From Eledone cirrhosa (taxonomy: Eukaryota), in NCBI GenBank assembly GCA_964016885.1, contig OZ024743.1, positions 232,500,001 through 232,564,000 on the forward strand: DNA of 64,000 bases. Reading direction: 5' to 3'. The translations under genes were made by a program, and so were the position numbers. Every line of letters starts with the position of its first letter. Positions within the stretch are counted from its first letter, which is position 1. Below the pieces are notes generated by a model. It was not told the DNA's origin and did not search any database. It was given only the letters and a program-made list of their open reading frames with translations. Below are positions 39,251 to 51,022 of this stretch, one piece after another.

Positions 39251-42200
39251 TTACAGACACATACTCAGAGAAGGCCCATTCATTCGGGCCATACTTGCTT
39301 CTCTCACCCATCTTTCAACAAAATGCTGGGAAGAGAGCACTTCCCTCTCTACCCTGATTTTCCTTTTCAAATGAAATTTGAAAAAGTTAATCAGGGCATC
39401 ACCGAAGAGGTAAGTGCTCGTCTTCAGCCCTTTCAAACGTGTCCACTATACTATCTCTTTCGCCATGGCCACCAGACAGATAAAAACTGCCTGCCCTTCC
39501 AGGCTAAAGGAAGGGGGCGGGGCAATCCTCACGATGGACTCAGCTGATAGCTGGATCCGTCCTACACGTGACAGCAGGTGTTCGACATAAACCCACAAGT
39601 CAGCAATGCTCGGACACTGGACGAGTGCGTGCAGGACGGTTTCGTCGCCCTGCGCGCATCTCGGACATGCCCGGCTGACGGCACCTCCATGCCTGTAGAG
39701 TTTATCCCGAACTGGCAAAGCTCCTCGGTAGCACTGCCAGGCCAGAGATTTCTGGAAGTTGTCCATAGGCCCCGGCCCGAAAGTCCTTCCGAAGAGATTG
39801 GCTAGTTGATTTTCGTCGACGCCTAGAGTTTCTCCAAGTACGTCGTCGCTCTTCCCCTCCACTAATCCCCTATAGAACGCCAAGGTGGAGTTTCCACCGA
39901 TCACATTGCCCGATTGGTCGAGGGCTGTGAGCGCCTGAAGACATTCCAGTCTCCAAGCGCTCCCTCTCGGTCTTCGCTTGACCCAGGACTGCAGCTCCGT
40001 CAACGAGACGAGCTGGGGAAAAACGTGTCTTGCAAACGGCGACCACACCTGATCACCGTCGAGGAAGAGGTGGAGATGTCGTAGCCTGAGCGCGTGTCTG
40101 CGCATCATCAGCCACGGCATGCCCAGCCCTCCACGTAGCGGGTGTTGACAGCAGATGGACCGCCTGACCATCGGAGCGCGTCCCTTCCACAAGAAGCTAA
40201 AGAGCAAACGCTCCAGCGCAGTCAGGCGGGGCTTAGGACAAGGTACGACGGTCAGGCGGTAGTAGATGACGGATGCGATGTACGCATTCGCCACCTCCGC
40301 TCGACCTTTCAGGGATAGCTTCCTCTCGGCCCATTTCTGGGTGAGAGAAGCCACCCTGCTCGTCACCTCGTCCCAGTTTTTGTCCGTCTGGAGGTCTGGA
40401 CCGAACCAGACCCCTAGCAATTTAACCGGTCCGTCCGTCCAGCGCCCGACGACGCTGTTGGACGGCATGGACCTGCCTCTCCAGGTGCCGAGCTGCAGGC
40501 CCACTGACTTTTCCTGGTTGATCATTGCTCCTGTCACCGCTTCGTATTCTCTTAGTGTAGTGCCGATCGCCTCGATGTGTTTGGCGTTCGACACCACTAC
40601 GGTGACATCGTCGGCATATGCTGACACGGATCTTCCGCATCCTAGTTCGCGCGGGACCCCCATCAACGTCTCCAGTTTGTGCAGTAATGGCTCGAAAGTC
40701 AATACGTACAATAGGGACGAGAGGGGACATCCTTGGCGGACCGAGCGCATGATGTTGAACGGTTCCGAAAGGTGACCGTTCACTCTCACTACAGAGCAGA
40801 TGTCGCTGTGCATGGCAGCGATCCAGCCTCTGAAGACGGGCCCAAAGCCAGCCGGCCTCAGGACTGCCGTTAGGTAACGATGGTCGACCCTATCGAAGGC
40901 TTTCGACTGATCTAAATTGATCAAAGACCCACCCGTGCCAGGTTCCCTAGCTACCCTCTCTACGATGTATCGCATGAGGTGGAGGTTGTTGTGGATGGAT
41001 CTGTCGGGAATGGCGCATGTCTGTGCCTCTCCCACCAGACCACCAACGACAAGCGCCAACCTCTTTGCTAGCACCTTGGCCAAAATCTTGAACTCTGTGT
41101 TTAGCAGAGTTATGGGCCTAAAATTATCTATGTTATCCCCCTTGTTCGGATCCTTTCTCAGCAGCGCCACCGCTCCTCGGCTCACAGAGCTGGGAATTCT
41201 CCCGTTCTGTTGCCAGTTGCAGTAGACGTCCGCCAAGAGGCCTCCGAACAAGTTTGGCATTTGTACGTAAAGTTCATAGGGCAGACCATCCAAACCAGGC
41301 GATTTACCCCTTGTGCAACTAGTCATTGCATCCCGTACTTCAGCGGTTGTTATTGGCTTTTCGCAACACTCCGCCTCAGTGGCCGAAAGCCACGGCAGTC
41401 CGTCGAGGTAGACACTAAAGTCCATCCCTCGATCCGGCCCGCCACTGCCCCCGAACAGTTGAGCGAAGTGTCGCTGAAAAGCTTCACACATTTGCCCGGG
41501 ATCGAGTAGCATGCGCCCGTCGTGGTCCACCAAAGACCGGATCGTGGCTTTGTTGCCACGACGCGCCTCCGCCACTCGGGCCCATTGAACGGCTTTCGTC
41601 CCCTCGTGTCTGAGAGCACGCACCCTAGCTCTGACAACGCAGCCTTCGTGCTTTGCATTGAAGAATTGGTCAAGGGCCAATTTCGCCGCAAGTACGTCTG
41701 TCGCGATGCCTTTGCTAAGCGCCTCATCTAATTTTCTAACTAATTCTCCCTCTGCTCTATTTTTCTCTATTGCTAAAAGTCTTACTAAACCTAATGGACT
41801 CTATTCTAATTGCTCTTTTCAGAGCAAACCACCACTTGTTGTTGACGATGGCCCCCGTCAACGCCCGCTTAACTAGTTCGCTAATCCGGTCTCTGTAGGC
41901 CTTGCGCGCTGGTAAGGACGCGTTTAACTTCCAGTAGCCGGGTCCTCGTCTATGAAGCCTATCTAAGTCAAGCACACAGATCACGAATTTGTGGTCCGTG
42001 TAGCTGACTATCTTGAATTGTGGACAGCCTATGCTAGACCTATCTATTTCCCTACAAAATACTCTATCTAGATATGATCTGGATGACCCTATGCGATTTG
42101 TCCAAGTCCACATTGGTGCATTCGGGAAATCCATTCGGTACCTGTCAGACAGTTCAAAACGTCTGAGCAGGTTGGTGAGACTCTTGCACCCTCCTTCCCT

Positions 42201-42673
42201 ATCCACTAATCCCACACAATCCCAGCGTGCATCTAAGATCCCGTTCCAGTCGCCCACTAACACTAAAGAGCGGGACGTTCCAAGAAAGGTCTCCAGACGC
42301 CGGAAGAAATCAGGCCGCCCTGCTCCTGTCGCGGCATAGACGGCCACTAACCTGAAAGCTTGCCCGTCTACGCTGGTCACGTCCAGCACCACCAACTTAC
42401 CCTCTGGGTCCAGGAAGATGGCCCGTATGGCAAGATCCAAACCTCTCCGAAAAAGCACAGCAACTCCCCCCCCCCCCGATCCCGGACGGCTGGGAGATGC
42501 GTACACATCGTAGCCGCCGAAGATCGGTGCGAAAGCCTGTGCTTCGGAGATTCTGGTCTCGCTGATGGCCACTACATCTATGTTTAGTGACCTAGGTCGT
42601 TGAGCAGGTGGCCCTGCTTCCATGACGACCCCAAGCCACGCGCATTTATGCTGCCTATTCTGAGTGAGGTCAT
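39251..42673 (-). pseudogene. Tx1 ORF2 (APE-RT), disrupted
   Basis: Pieces 41757-42707, 39446-41680 and 39251-39436 nearly identical to 45207-48626. Confidence 0.9.
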
Positions 42674-42707
42674 GTTGAAAAGGAGTGGAAAAGATGGGAA
42701 AGACCAC

Positions 42708-44693
42708 TTACCTTACTTCTCGTAGGGGAAGGACGGCTTTTCCATCCTTTTCACTGCTTGTGGCCTCCTCAGGAAGGATGTCCTTATAAATCCTCCTGGA
42801 GAGTGCTTGTCGGAAGTCTCCGATGTCTTTGGGGAATTTTTGTTTTAGTGTCATGTACGTTTTCTGTGTGATGCGAGTGATTTGTATGTGTGGAGGTGCT
42901 GTGAATTTTGTGGTTGTTGTGTAGTCTTTTTCTGTGATGCTGGTGTTGTGTTGGATGTAGTGTAATAATTGCTTGTTGTTCAAATTTAATGCTGTGTAGT
43001 GTGTATCGTTTTGGTTGTTTTGTTTTGTTTGCGTTTGTTGTGGGTTTGTTTCTGTTTCGCATTTTGGTGACTTTTGTGGTGTAGGTGATGGTGGTGCTGG
43101 GGATAATGATGGTGATGGTGTTGGTGTTTGGGTTGATGGGGTTGGTGATGCTGGTGTGGATGGTGGCATATCTGTCCTAAATTTTGTTTCTTAGTTTATT
43201 TGTTTCCCTCTGTATTTTGTTTTTGGAGGGGGAAGGAAGATAATTTTTTCTTTTTTGGTTTCTTTTTTTTTTTCCGGATATCGTTTCCCACTCCTCGTCG
43301 TCACAATCTGTCTCCAGTTGTGATAGGCCGGGGAGTGGAAAATCCTCCACAGCCGTTAGTTTTGGTTGTGGTGTGGTGGATGGTGTAGGCGCTGGTGCTA
43401 GTTCTGAAGCGTTGGGTGGTGGTGGTGTTGGTTTTGTTGGTGGTGGTAGTGGTGTTGGTTTTGCTACTGTTGCTGGGGTTGTTGCTGTTATAGTTGCTTC
43501 TGTTGTTGCTGCTACAGTTGTTGCTACCATCTCTGCTACTGGTGGTGTTGATGGTTGTGTCACTGGGGTGGGTAGGAGAGGTGGCCTCAACCTTTTAGCC
43601 TGAGGGCAGAAAGCCTTAGGTGGGTTCCTTCACCACAAACGACACACCTAGGTCTTCTGCCCTCGACAATTACCGTGAGGTGGCTGCCGTCAGTGAGGTC
43701 TATTACCTCTGGGATCTCCTCAATGCTTTTTTGGTCCGCTTGGATCAGGAGCTCCATCCCAGATCCGGACCAGTTTTCCTGCTTTTCTTTTGCTACTGCT
43801 ATTATTTTCGTGTTGGCTTCGATGCCGGCGAGGACAGCCGCTATTAGCCAGGGAATTTCGATGGCCGGTGGAACGTGGGTCACCCTGATCTTTACGAGTC
43901 TCTGGCCACAATAGCTTGGGACGAGTGTGAAGTCGTCACTTCTTAATGGGGCCATGGAGTGTTCTCTAGCCTCCTCTGGTGTTTCAAAGAACACATTCAC
44001 GGTTCCATACTTCTGCCCACATCTGATGTGGTTTTATCTTGCCCACACATGTCCCAAAGCTTTTTGGATTTGGGACTCGGATGCCCGTTCCACTCGGCGC
44101 GATTTTACATTTATTGTTCTATACGACACGGTGCACAGGCGCCGATGCTCCATTTTATTATGTGGGGGGGGGGGGGGGCTGACCCTGTACCCATCTTTCT
44201 TTAACATTTGTTTGGCATTTTCTAAATCTTCTTGAGTTACCGTGAACGCTTCGAATTGTTTTGCTACGATGGCGAAACTGAGGGTCGGTTTTATAATGTC
44301 ATTGTTGTTGTTGTTGCTATCGTTAATATTAATTTTAGTTTCAGTTGTGGTGGTGACGTCAGTCGTCTTTGGTGGGGAAGAGTCCATTTTGCTTGATTTC
44401 ATTTCGACATCACGAGTTAATTTATTTTTTTCTTCTTTTGTTTCTGTTGTCGCGGTGGTGGTGGTGGTGGTGGTTGTCGCGGTGGTGGTGGTGGTGGTGG
44501 AGGCTTTAACACCTGCAGTCATTGGTAATGGCGGGAAATGAATGTCTGCCTGAGACAAATTTAAAATATTGCTACTGCTTATATTTTTTTTTGTGTTGGC
44601 AAACGTAGTAACATTTACAATGGTGGTGTCGGTGTGAGGTGTTATTTTGTGAGGAAGGCTTTCAGCTGCTTCGTGCAGAGGGGAATTAGCCAT
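42708..44693 (-). pseudogene. Tx1 ORF1 (gag-like, CCHC), disrupted
   Basis: Pieces 44034-44693, 43587-44000, 43177-43590 and 42708-43169. CVVCGEGTH zinc knuckle. Confidence 0.85.
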
Positions 44694-44902
44694 TTTTTTT
44701 CAAAGAAATTTTTTGATAATAATAAAAGTTAAAATTTTGGGCACAAGGCCCCAATCTTTTTAGGTGTCCTTTTCGGAAAACAATGTATGTGTGCTTATAA
44801 ACAGTTAACAATAAAATTTTCCATAAGTGGCAATTTTTAAACAAACGGAAATAACAAACCTTTGCGGAGCTCACGATAATACGATTTCCTACGTAGGTCG
44901 CC

Positions 44903-44934
<32 letters not shown>

Positions 44935-45206
44935 TAATAATAATGATTTCTTTATTAACCACAAGGGTTTACATAAAGTAGACATTAAGGACAGTGCAGG
45001 ACAATGCAGGACGGTACAATTGGGCATTTCTGCGTGTAAAAAAACAAAAACAGAGGATGTAACAAAAATAACAATGAAAATAACAATGAAAAATTCCCCA
45101 ATAGGGGGGAGACTTCGGAGGGACATTTGTGGAGAAAGCCCAGTAAAAAGCCACAATGACCCTGACCACCAAGGCAAGTGCCCTCTCCCAGTTTTCCACC
45201 TTTAGT

Positions 45207-48200
45207 TTACAGATATATACTCAGAGTCGGCCCATTCACTCGGGCCATTCTTGCTTCTCTCACCCATCTTTCAACAAAATGCTGGGAAGAGAGCACTTCC
45301 CTCTCTACTCTGATTTTCCTTTTCAAATGAAATTTGAAAAAGTCAATCAGAGCATCACCGAAGAGGTAAGTGCTCGTCTTCAGCCCTTTCAAACGTGTCC
45401 ACCATACTATCTCTTTCGCCATGGCCACCAGGCAGATAAAAACTGCCTGCCCTTCCCGGCTAAAGGAGGAGGGCGGGGCAATCCTCACGATGGACTCAGA
45501 TGATAGCCGGATCCGTCCTAAACGCGACAGCAGGTGTTCGACATAAACCCACAAGTCAGCAATTTTCGGACACTGGACGAGTGCGTGCAGGACGGTTTCG
45601 TCGCCCTGCGCGCATCTCGGACATGCCCGGCTGACGGCACCTCCATGCCTGTAGAGTTTATCCCGAACTGGCAAGGCTCCTCGGTAGCACTGCCAGGCCA
45701 GAGATTTCTGGAAGTTGTCCATAGGCCCTGGCCCGAAAGTTCTTCCGAAGAGATTGGCTAGTTGATTTTCGTCGACGCCTAGAGTTTCCCCAAGTACGTC
45801 GTCGCTCTTCCCCTCCACTAATCCTCTATAGAACGCCGAGGTGGAGTTTCCACCGATCACATTGCCCGATTGGTCGAGGGCTGTGAGCGCCTGAAGACAT
45901 TCCAGTCTCCAGGCGCTCCCTCTCGGTCTTCGCTTGACCCAGGACTGCAGCTCCGTCAAGGAAACGAGCTGGGGAAACACGCGTCTAGCAAACGGCGACC
46001 ACACCTGATCACCGTCGAGGAAGAGGTGGAGATGTCGTAGCCTGAGCGCGTGCCTGCGCATCATCAGCCACGGCATGCCCAGCCCTCCACGTAGCGGGTG
46101 TTGACAACAGATGGACCGCCTGACCATCGGAGCGCGTCCCTTCCACAAAAAGCGAAAGAGCAAACGCTCCAGCACAGTCAGGCGAGGCTTAGGACAAGGT
46201 ACGACGGTCAGGCGGTAGCAGATGACGGACGCGATGTACGCGTTAGCCACCTCCGCTCGACCTTTCAGGGATAGCTTCCTCTCGGCCCATTTCTGGGTGA
46301 GAGAAGCCACCCTGCTCGTCACCTCGTCCCAGTTTTTGTCCGTCTGGAGGTCCGGACCGAACCAGACCCCTAGCAATTTAACCGGTCCGTCCGTCCAGCG
46401 TCCGACGACGCTGTTGGACGGCATGGACCTGCCTCTCCAGGTGCCGAGCTGCAGGCCCACTGACTTTTCCTGGTTGATCATTGCTCCTGTCACCGCTTCG
46501 TATTCTCTTAGTGTAGTGCCGATCGCCTCGATGTGTTTGGCGTTCGACACCACTACGGTGACATCGTCCGCATATGCTGATACGGATCTTCCGCATCCTA
46601 GTTCGCGCGGGACCCCCCTCAACGTCTCCAGTTTGTGCAGTAATGGCTCGAGAGTCAATACGTACAAGAGGGACGAGAGGGGACATCCTTGGCGGACCGA
46701 GCGCATGATGTTGAACGGTTCCGACAGGTGACCGTTCACTCTCACCACAGAGCAGATGTCGCTGTGCATGGCAGCGATCCAGCCTCTGAAGACGGGCCCA
46801 AAGCCAGCCGCCCTCAGGACTGCCGCTAGGTAACGATGGTCGACCCTATCGAAAGCTTTCGACTGATCTAAATTGATCAAGGACCCACCCGTGCCAGGTT
46901 CCCTAGCTACCCTCTCTACGATGTATCGCATGAGGTGGAGGTTGTCGTGGATGGATCTGTCGGGAATGGCGCATGTCTGCGCCTCTCCCACCAGACCACC
47001 AACGACAAGCGCCAACCTCTTTGCTAGCACCTTGGCCAAAATCTTAAACTCTGTGTTTAGCAGAGTTATGGGCCGGAAATTTTCTATGTTATCCCCCTTG
47101 TTCGGATCCTTTCTCAGCAGTGCCACCGCTCCTCGGCTCACAGAACTGGGAATTCTCCCGTTCTGTTGCCAGTTGCAGTAGACGTCCGCCAAGAGGCCTC
47201 CGAACAAGTCTGGCATCTGTACGTAAAGTTCATAGGGCAGACCATCCAAACCAGGCGATTTACCCCTTGTGCAGCCAGTCATTGCCTCCCGTACTTCAGC
47301 GGCTGTTATCGGCTTTTCGCAACACCTCGCCTCAGTGGCCGAGAGCCGCGGCAGTCCGTCGAGGTAGACACTAAAGTCCATCCCTCTACCCGGCCCCCCG
47401 CTGCCCCCGAACAGCTGAGCGAAGTGTCGCTGAAAAGCTTCACACATTTGCCCGGGATCGAGTAGCATGCGCCCGTCGTGGTCCACCAAAGACCGGATCG
47501 TGGCTTTGTTGCCACGACGCGCCTCCGCCACTCGGGCCCATTGAACGGCTTTCGTCCCCTCGTGTCTGAGAGCACGCACCCTAGCTCTGACAACGCAGCC
47601 TTCGTGCTTTGCATTGAAGAATTGGTCAAGGGCCAATTTCGCCGCAAGCACGTCGGTCGCAATGCCTTTGCTAAGCGCCTCGTCTAATTTTCTAACTAGT
47701 TCTCCCTCTGCTCTATTTTTCTCTATTGCTAAAGCCTTACTAAACCTAATCGATTCTATTCTAATCGCTCTTTTCAGAGCAAACCACCACTTGTTGTTGA
47801 CGATGGCCCCCGTCAACGTCCGCTTAACTAGTTCGCTAATCCGGTCTCTGTAGGCCTTGCGCGCTGGTAAGGACGCGTTTAGCTTCCAGTAGCCGGGTCC
47901 TCGTCTATGAAGCCTATCTAAGTCAAGCACACAGGTCACGAATTTGTGGTCCGTGTAGCTGACTATCTTGAATTGTGGACAGCCTATGCTAGACCTATCT
48001 ATTTCCCTACAAAATACTCTATCTAGATATGATCTGGATGACCCTATGCGGTTTGTCCAAGTCCACATTGGCACATTCGGGAAATCCAATCGGTACCTGT
48101 CAGACAGTTCAAAACGCCTGAGCAGGTTGGTGAGGCTCTTGCACCCTCCACCCCTATCCGCTAATCCCACACAGTTCCAGCTTGCATCTAAGATCCCGTT

Positions 48201-48626
48201 CCAGTCGCCCACTAACACTAAAGAGCGGGACGTTCCAAGAAAGGTCTCCAGACGCCGGAAGAAATCAGGCCGCCCTGCTCCTGTCGGGGCATAGACGGCC
48301 ACTAGCCTGAAAGCTTGCCCGTCTCCGCTGGTCACGTCCAGCACCACCAGCTTACCCTCTGGGTCCAGGAAGATGGCCCGTATGGCGAGATCCAAACCTC
48401 TCCGAAAAAGCACAGCAACTCCTCCACCCGATCCAGGACGGCTGGGAGATGCGTACACATCGTAGCCGCCGAAGATCGGTGCGAAGGCCCGTGCTTCGGA
48501 GATTCTGGTCTCGCTGATGGCCACTACATCTATGTTTAGTGACCTGAGGTCGTTGAGCAGGTGACCCTGCTTCCATGACGACCCCAAGCCACGCGCATTT
48601 ATGCTGCCTATTCTGAGTGAGGTCAT
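45207..48626 (-). CDS. ORF2: apurinic-like endonuclease plus reverse transcriptase plus zinc finger (1139 aa)
   Basis: SINARGL, ISETR, VYAP, GDWN, YLDR, TDHK, KSPGLDG, FRPITLLN, DQSKAFDRV, RQGCPLS, AYADD, GGLG, CPRC..ETVLHALVQC. Confidence 0.95.
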   Translation of the reverse strand: MTSLRIGSINARGLGSSWKQGHLLNDLRSLNIDVVAISETRISEARAFAPIFGGYDVYASPSRPGSGGGVAVLFRRGLDLAIRAIFLDPEGKLVVLDVTSGDGQAFRLVAVYAPTGAGRPDFFRRLETFLGTSRSLVLVGDWNGILDASWNCVGLADRGGGCKSLTNLLRRFELSDRYRLDFPNVPMWTWTNRIGSSRSYLDRVFCREIDRSSIGCPQFKIVSYTDHKFVTCVLDLDRLHRRGPGYWKLNASLPARKAYRDRISELVKRTLTGAIVNNKWWFALKRAIRIESIRFSKALAIEKNRAEGELVRKLDEALSKGIATDVLAAKLALDQFFNAKHEGCVVRARVRALRHEGTKAVQWARVAEARRGNKATIRSLVDHDGRMLLDPGQMCEAFQRHFAQLFGGSGGPGRGMDFSVYLDGLPRLSATEARCCEKPITAAEVREAMTGCTRGKSPGLDGLPYELYVQMPDLFGGLLADVYCNWQQNGRIPSSVSRGAVALLRKDPNKGDNIENFRPITLLNTEFKILAKVLAKRLALVVGGLVGEAQTCAIPDRSIHDNLHLMRYIVERVAREPGTGGSLINLDQSKAFDRVDHRYLAAVLRAAGFGPVFRGWIAAMHSDICSVVRVNGHLSEPFNIMRSVRQGCPLSSLLYVLTLEPLLHKLETLRGVPRELGCGRSVSAYADDVTVVVSNAKHIEAIGTTLREYEAVTGAMINQEKSVGLQLGTWRGRSMPSNSVVGRWTDGPVKLLGVWFGPDLQTDKNWDEVTSRVASLTQKWAERKLSLKGRAEVANAYIASVICYRLTVVPCPKPRLTVLERLLFRFLWKGRAPMVRRSICCQHPLRGGLGMPWLMMRRHALRLRHLHLFLDGDQVWSPFARRVFPQLVSLTELQSWVKRRPRGSAWRLECLQALTALDQSGNVIGGNSTSAFYRGLVEGKSDDVLGETLGVDENQLANLFGRTFGPGPMDNFQKSLAWQCYRGALPVRDKLYRHGGAVSRACPRCAQGDETVLHALVQCPKIADLWVYVEHLLSRLGRIRLSSESIVRIAPPSSFSREGQAVFICLVAMAKEIVWWTRLKGLKTSTYLFGDALIDFFKFHLKRKIRVEREVLSSQHFVERWVREARMARVNGPTLSIYL

Positions 48627-48661
48627 GTTTAAAATAGAGTGGAAAAGATGGGAAAGACCAC

Positions 48662-50758
48662 TTACCGTACTTTTGGTAGAGGAGGGATGGTTTTTACATC
48701 CCTTTTCACTTGATCGTCTGGTGAAGGGGCCGTTGAATCGTCCCTTCGGCTGGTCGTCGGCTCTTCTAAGAGAATGTCTGAGTATACTCTTCGATTGATG
48801 ATTCCTCCTAGGTCCCTGAAATCACCAACTGCGTTGGGGAATTTCGTTTTAATGTTTGTGTATTGTTTCTGTGCTATTTTTAGCAGTCTTATGTTAGTTG
48901 GCGTTTTGATTGGTGCTGGTATTATGTAGTCCTGTTGTGAAATGTCTGTGTGTTCAATTATGTAAGTCATTAGTTTCTTGTTGTGTGTATTTATTGCCGT
49001 GCATTTGTTTTTCTGGGGGTGGGGTGTGGTTCTACTATTTTCTTGTCGTTGTTGCTGGGTGTGTGTGTTTTGTTGTTGTGTTTGCGATGTTGGTGCTTGT
49101 GGTGGTGGTGTTGAAGGTGTTGTTGGCGGTGGGGTTGTCGCCGGTGGTGATGGTGGCGCTAGTGTGGGTGGCGATGGTGTTGGTGTTGTTGCTGCTGTGG
49201 GTCTCTTTGCAGTAGACTTTACCCTTTTCTCATTTCTTTCCTCCCTTTTCAAAGGCGACGATGCGCTGCTTCTGCGTTTGTGCCTTCTTACGACCTTTTG
49301 CCATCTCTCTCCCACCTCACACTCCATGTCTGATTCTGTGAGGTCGGGGAGGGGTACCAACTCCACTCTTTCACTTGTTGTTGTTGGTGATGTTTGCACT
49401 GGAGTCTCTGTTGCAGCTGCATTTGGTATTGCTGTTGTTGTTGTTAGTATTTCCACTGCTGCTGCTGTTTTTGATTTCCGTGGAGTGGGTATGGGTGCCA
49501 CGGGCCTATCGTTCCTGGTTGCCGCTTGTCCTGTTGCTGGTAGCCGTGGAGCCGGATTCGGAAGGAGGGGGGTTTTCTCCTTTCTCAGGGTCTTCTCGTT
49601 GCAGAAGGCCCTGAGGTGAGTCTTCGATCCACAGCGAAAGCATTTCGGGCGTTTGCCCTCAACACTTATGGGCAGTTGAGTGCCGTTATCGAAGTCTATC
49701 ACATCCGGGATAGCTTCGATGCACTCCTGGTTGGTTTGGATTAGCATCTCAATGGAGGAGCCGACCCAATCTTCTCTTACTTTTTTCTGTACTTGCAGTA
49801 CAGTTGTTTTGTCCTCGATTCCGACGAGGACAGACGCGGCCAGCCAAGAAGGGGTCATTCCGGGGGGGACGTGGGTCAGTTTGACCCTCACAATTTTTTG
49901 CCCACAGTAGGAGGGCACCAACACCATTTCCTCGCTCCTTAGGGTCACTACTGATTGGGCCTTTGCCTCCTGGGGTGTGGCAAAAAGTACGTCTACGGTG
50001 GCATATTTTTTGCCTCGGGTGATGTGCGTTTTCCGCTGCCACACAGACCCCAAGGCTTTTTGTATTTGGGCCTCTGTGGCTCTTTCCACCCTACGGGATT
50101 TTGTACTTACTGTACGGTACGTGACCGTACAGTGCTCTTGGGTTTCGAAAAAATGTTTCGCTGCCTTGCAGATTGCTCGGTGTCCGTTCTTTGTCACCAT
50201 CTTCTTCGCTTCCTCTAATTCCTCATTTGTTATGAGGATTGTTTCCAAGTTTTTCGCAATACCTGCAAATGAGATTGGTTTTTCTCTGCTGTTGTTGTTG
50301 TCGTCAGAGCTGCTGGTACTTTTGTTGTTGCTGCAGGTACTACGACTACTGCCTCCGCCGCTGTTGCTGTGGTTGTTGTTGGTGTTGCTGCTGCTAATGC
50401 TGTTGTTGTTTATGCTGCTGGTGATGCTGTTGCGGCTGCTACTGTTGTTTTCATTGTCACTGTTGCTGTTGTTATTACGGCTGCTACTGCTATTATTCCT
50501 GACGTCAGACGAATGAACTGGGTTTTCGTATTTCCCGCACACCTGTTTCGTCGCTGTCGTCGTCGTCGTGGAGAAACCTTGCACGCTTTGCACGAGACTT
50601 TTCTTTTCTTTCGTCGCTTGCGAAAGAGAAGGGAGGGAGAGAGACACATTTAAAGAAGGGAGGGAGAGAGACAATCTTCTCTCTGCTGTAGTGATGATTG
50701 AGGAAGAAGAAGACGGAATGAGTGGGAGTGAGGTATGAAATTTCTTTTTCGTAGCCAT
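48662..50758 (-). CDS. ORF1: nucleic-acid-binding protein with CCHC knuckle and low-complexity S/N and P/T regions (698 aa)
   Basis: Open frame upstream of ORF2. CFRCGSKTHLRAFC. Confidence 0.88.
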   Translation of the reverse strand: MATKKKFHTSLPLIPSSSSSIITTAERRLSLSLPSLNVSLSLPSLSQATKEKKSLVQSVQGFSTTTTTATKQVCGKYENPVHSSDVRNNSSSSRNNNSNSDNENNSSSRNSITSSINNNSISSSNTNNNHSNSGGGSSRSTCSNNKSTSSSDDNNNSREKPISFAGIAKNLETILITNEELEEAKKMVTKNGHRAICKAAKHFFETQEHCTVTYRTVSTKSRRVERATEAQIQKALGSVWQRKTHITRGKKYATVDVLFATPQEAKAQSVVTLRSEEMVLVPSYCGQKIVRVKLTHVPPGMTPSWLAASVLVGIEDKTTVLQVQKKVREDWVGSSIEMLIQTNQECIEAIPDVIDFDNGTQLPISVEGKRPKCFRCGSKTHLRAFCNEKTLRKEKTPLLPNPAPRLPATGQAATRNDRPVAPIPTPRKSKTAAAVEILTTTTAIPNAAATETPVQTSPTTTSERVELVPLPDLTESDMECEVGERWQKVVRRHKRRSSASSPLKREERNEKRVKSTAKRPTAATTPTPSPPTLAPPSPPATTPPPTTPSTPPPQAPTSQTQQQNTHTQQQRQENSRTTPHPQKNKCTAINTHNKKLMTYIIEHTDISQQDYIIPAPIKTPTNIRLLKIAQKQYTNIKTKFPNAVGDFRDLGGIINRRVYSDILLEEPTTSRRDDSTAPSPDDQVKRDVKTIPPLPKVR

Positions 50759-51022
50759 GTTGTTTTTTGTTTAAAATGAATATTGGGTACAAAACCCCAA
50801 TAACTGGTTATTTAACCCCGAAGGGCCAAATAACGGACAGAAAGACCCCTCTCACGAGGAGGAGGGTGTCTTTATCAACAATTTGGTTCAAGTTTTAAAC
50901 AATTTACAATTGTTTTAACGGTTAAAAATTACTATACCTTACAGAGCCGAGCCTCCGTCAACCATGGCATTCAATAATAATAATAATAATAATAATAATG
51001 TGGAAATAATAATAATTCCGAA

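Larger units (their letters stand above)
39007..44902 (-). mobile_element. Full-length Tx1-clade LINE (ORF1 type I), inactivated
   Basis: ORF1 and ORF2 pieces with frameshifts. Both ends abut (AAT)n. Confidence 0.92.
44945..50972 (-). mobile_element. Full-length, apparently intact Tx1-clade LINE (ORF1 type II)
   Basis: Two open ORFs, 3' UTR with AATAAA, (AAT)n at both ends. Confidence 0.93.

Noticed and set aside
39578-50653. Numerous antisense or alternate-frame ORFs of 60-210 aa over the LINEs
   Set aside because: Shadow ORFs of GC-rich or low-complexity coding sequence with no independent motifs
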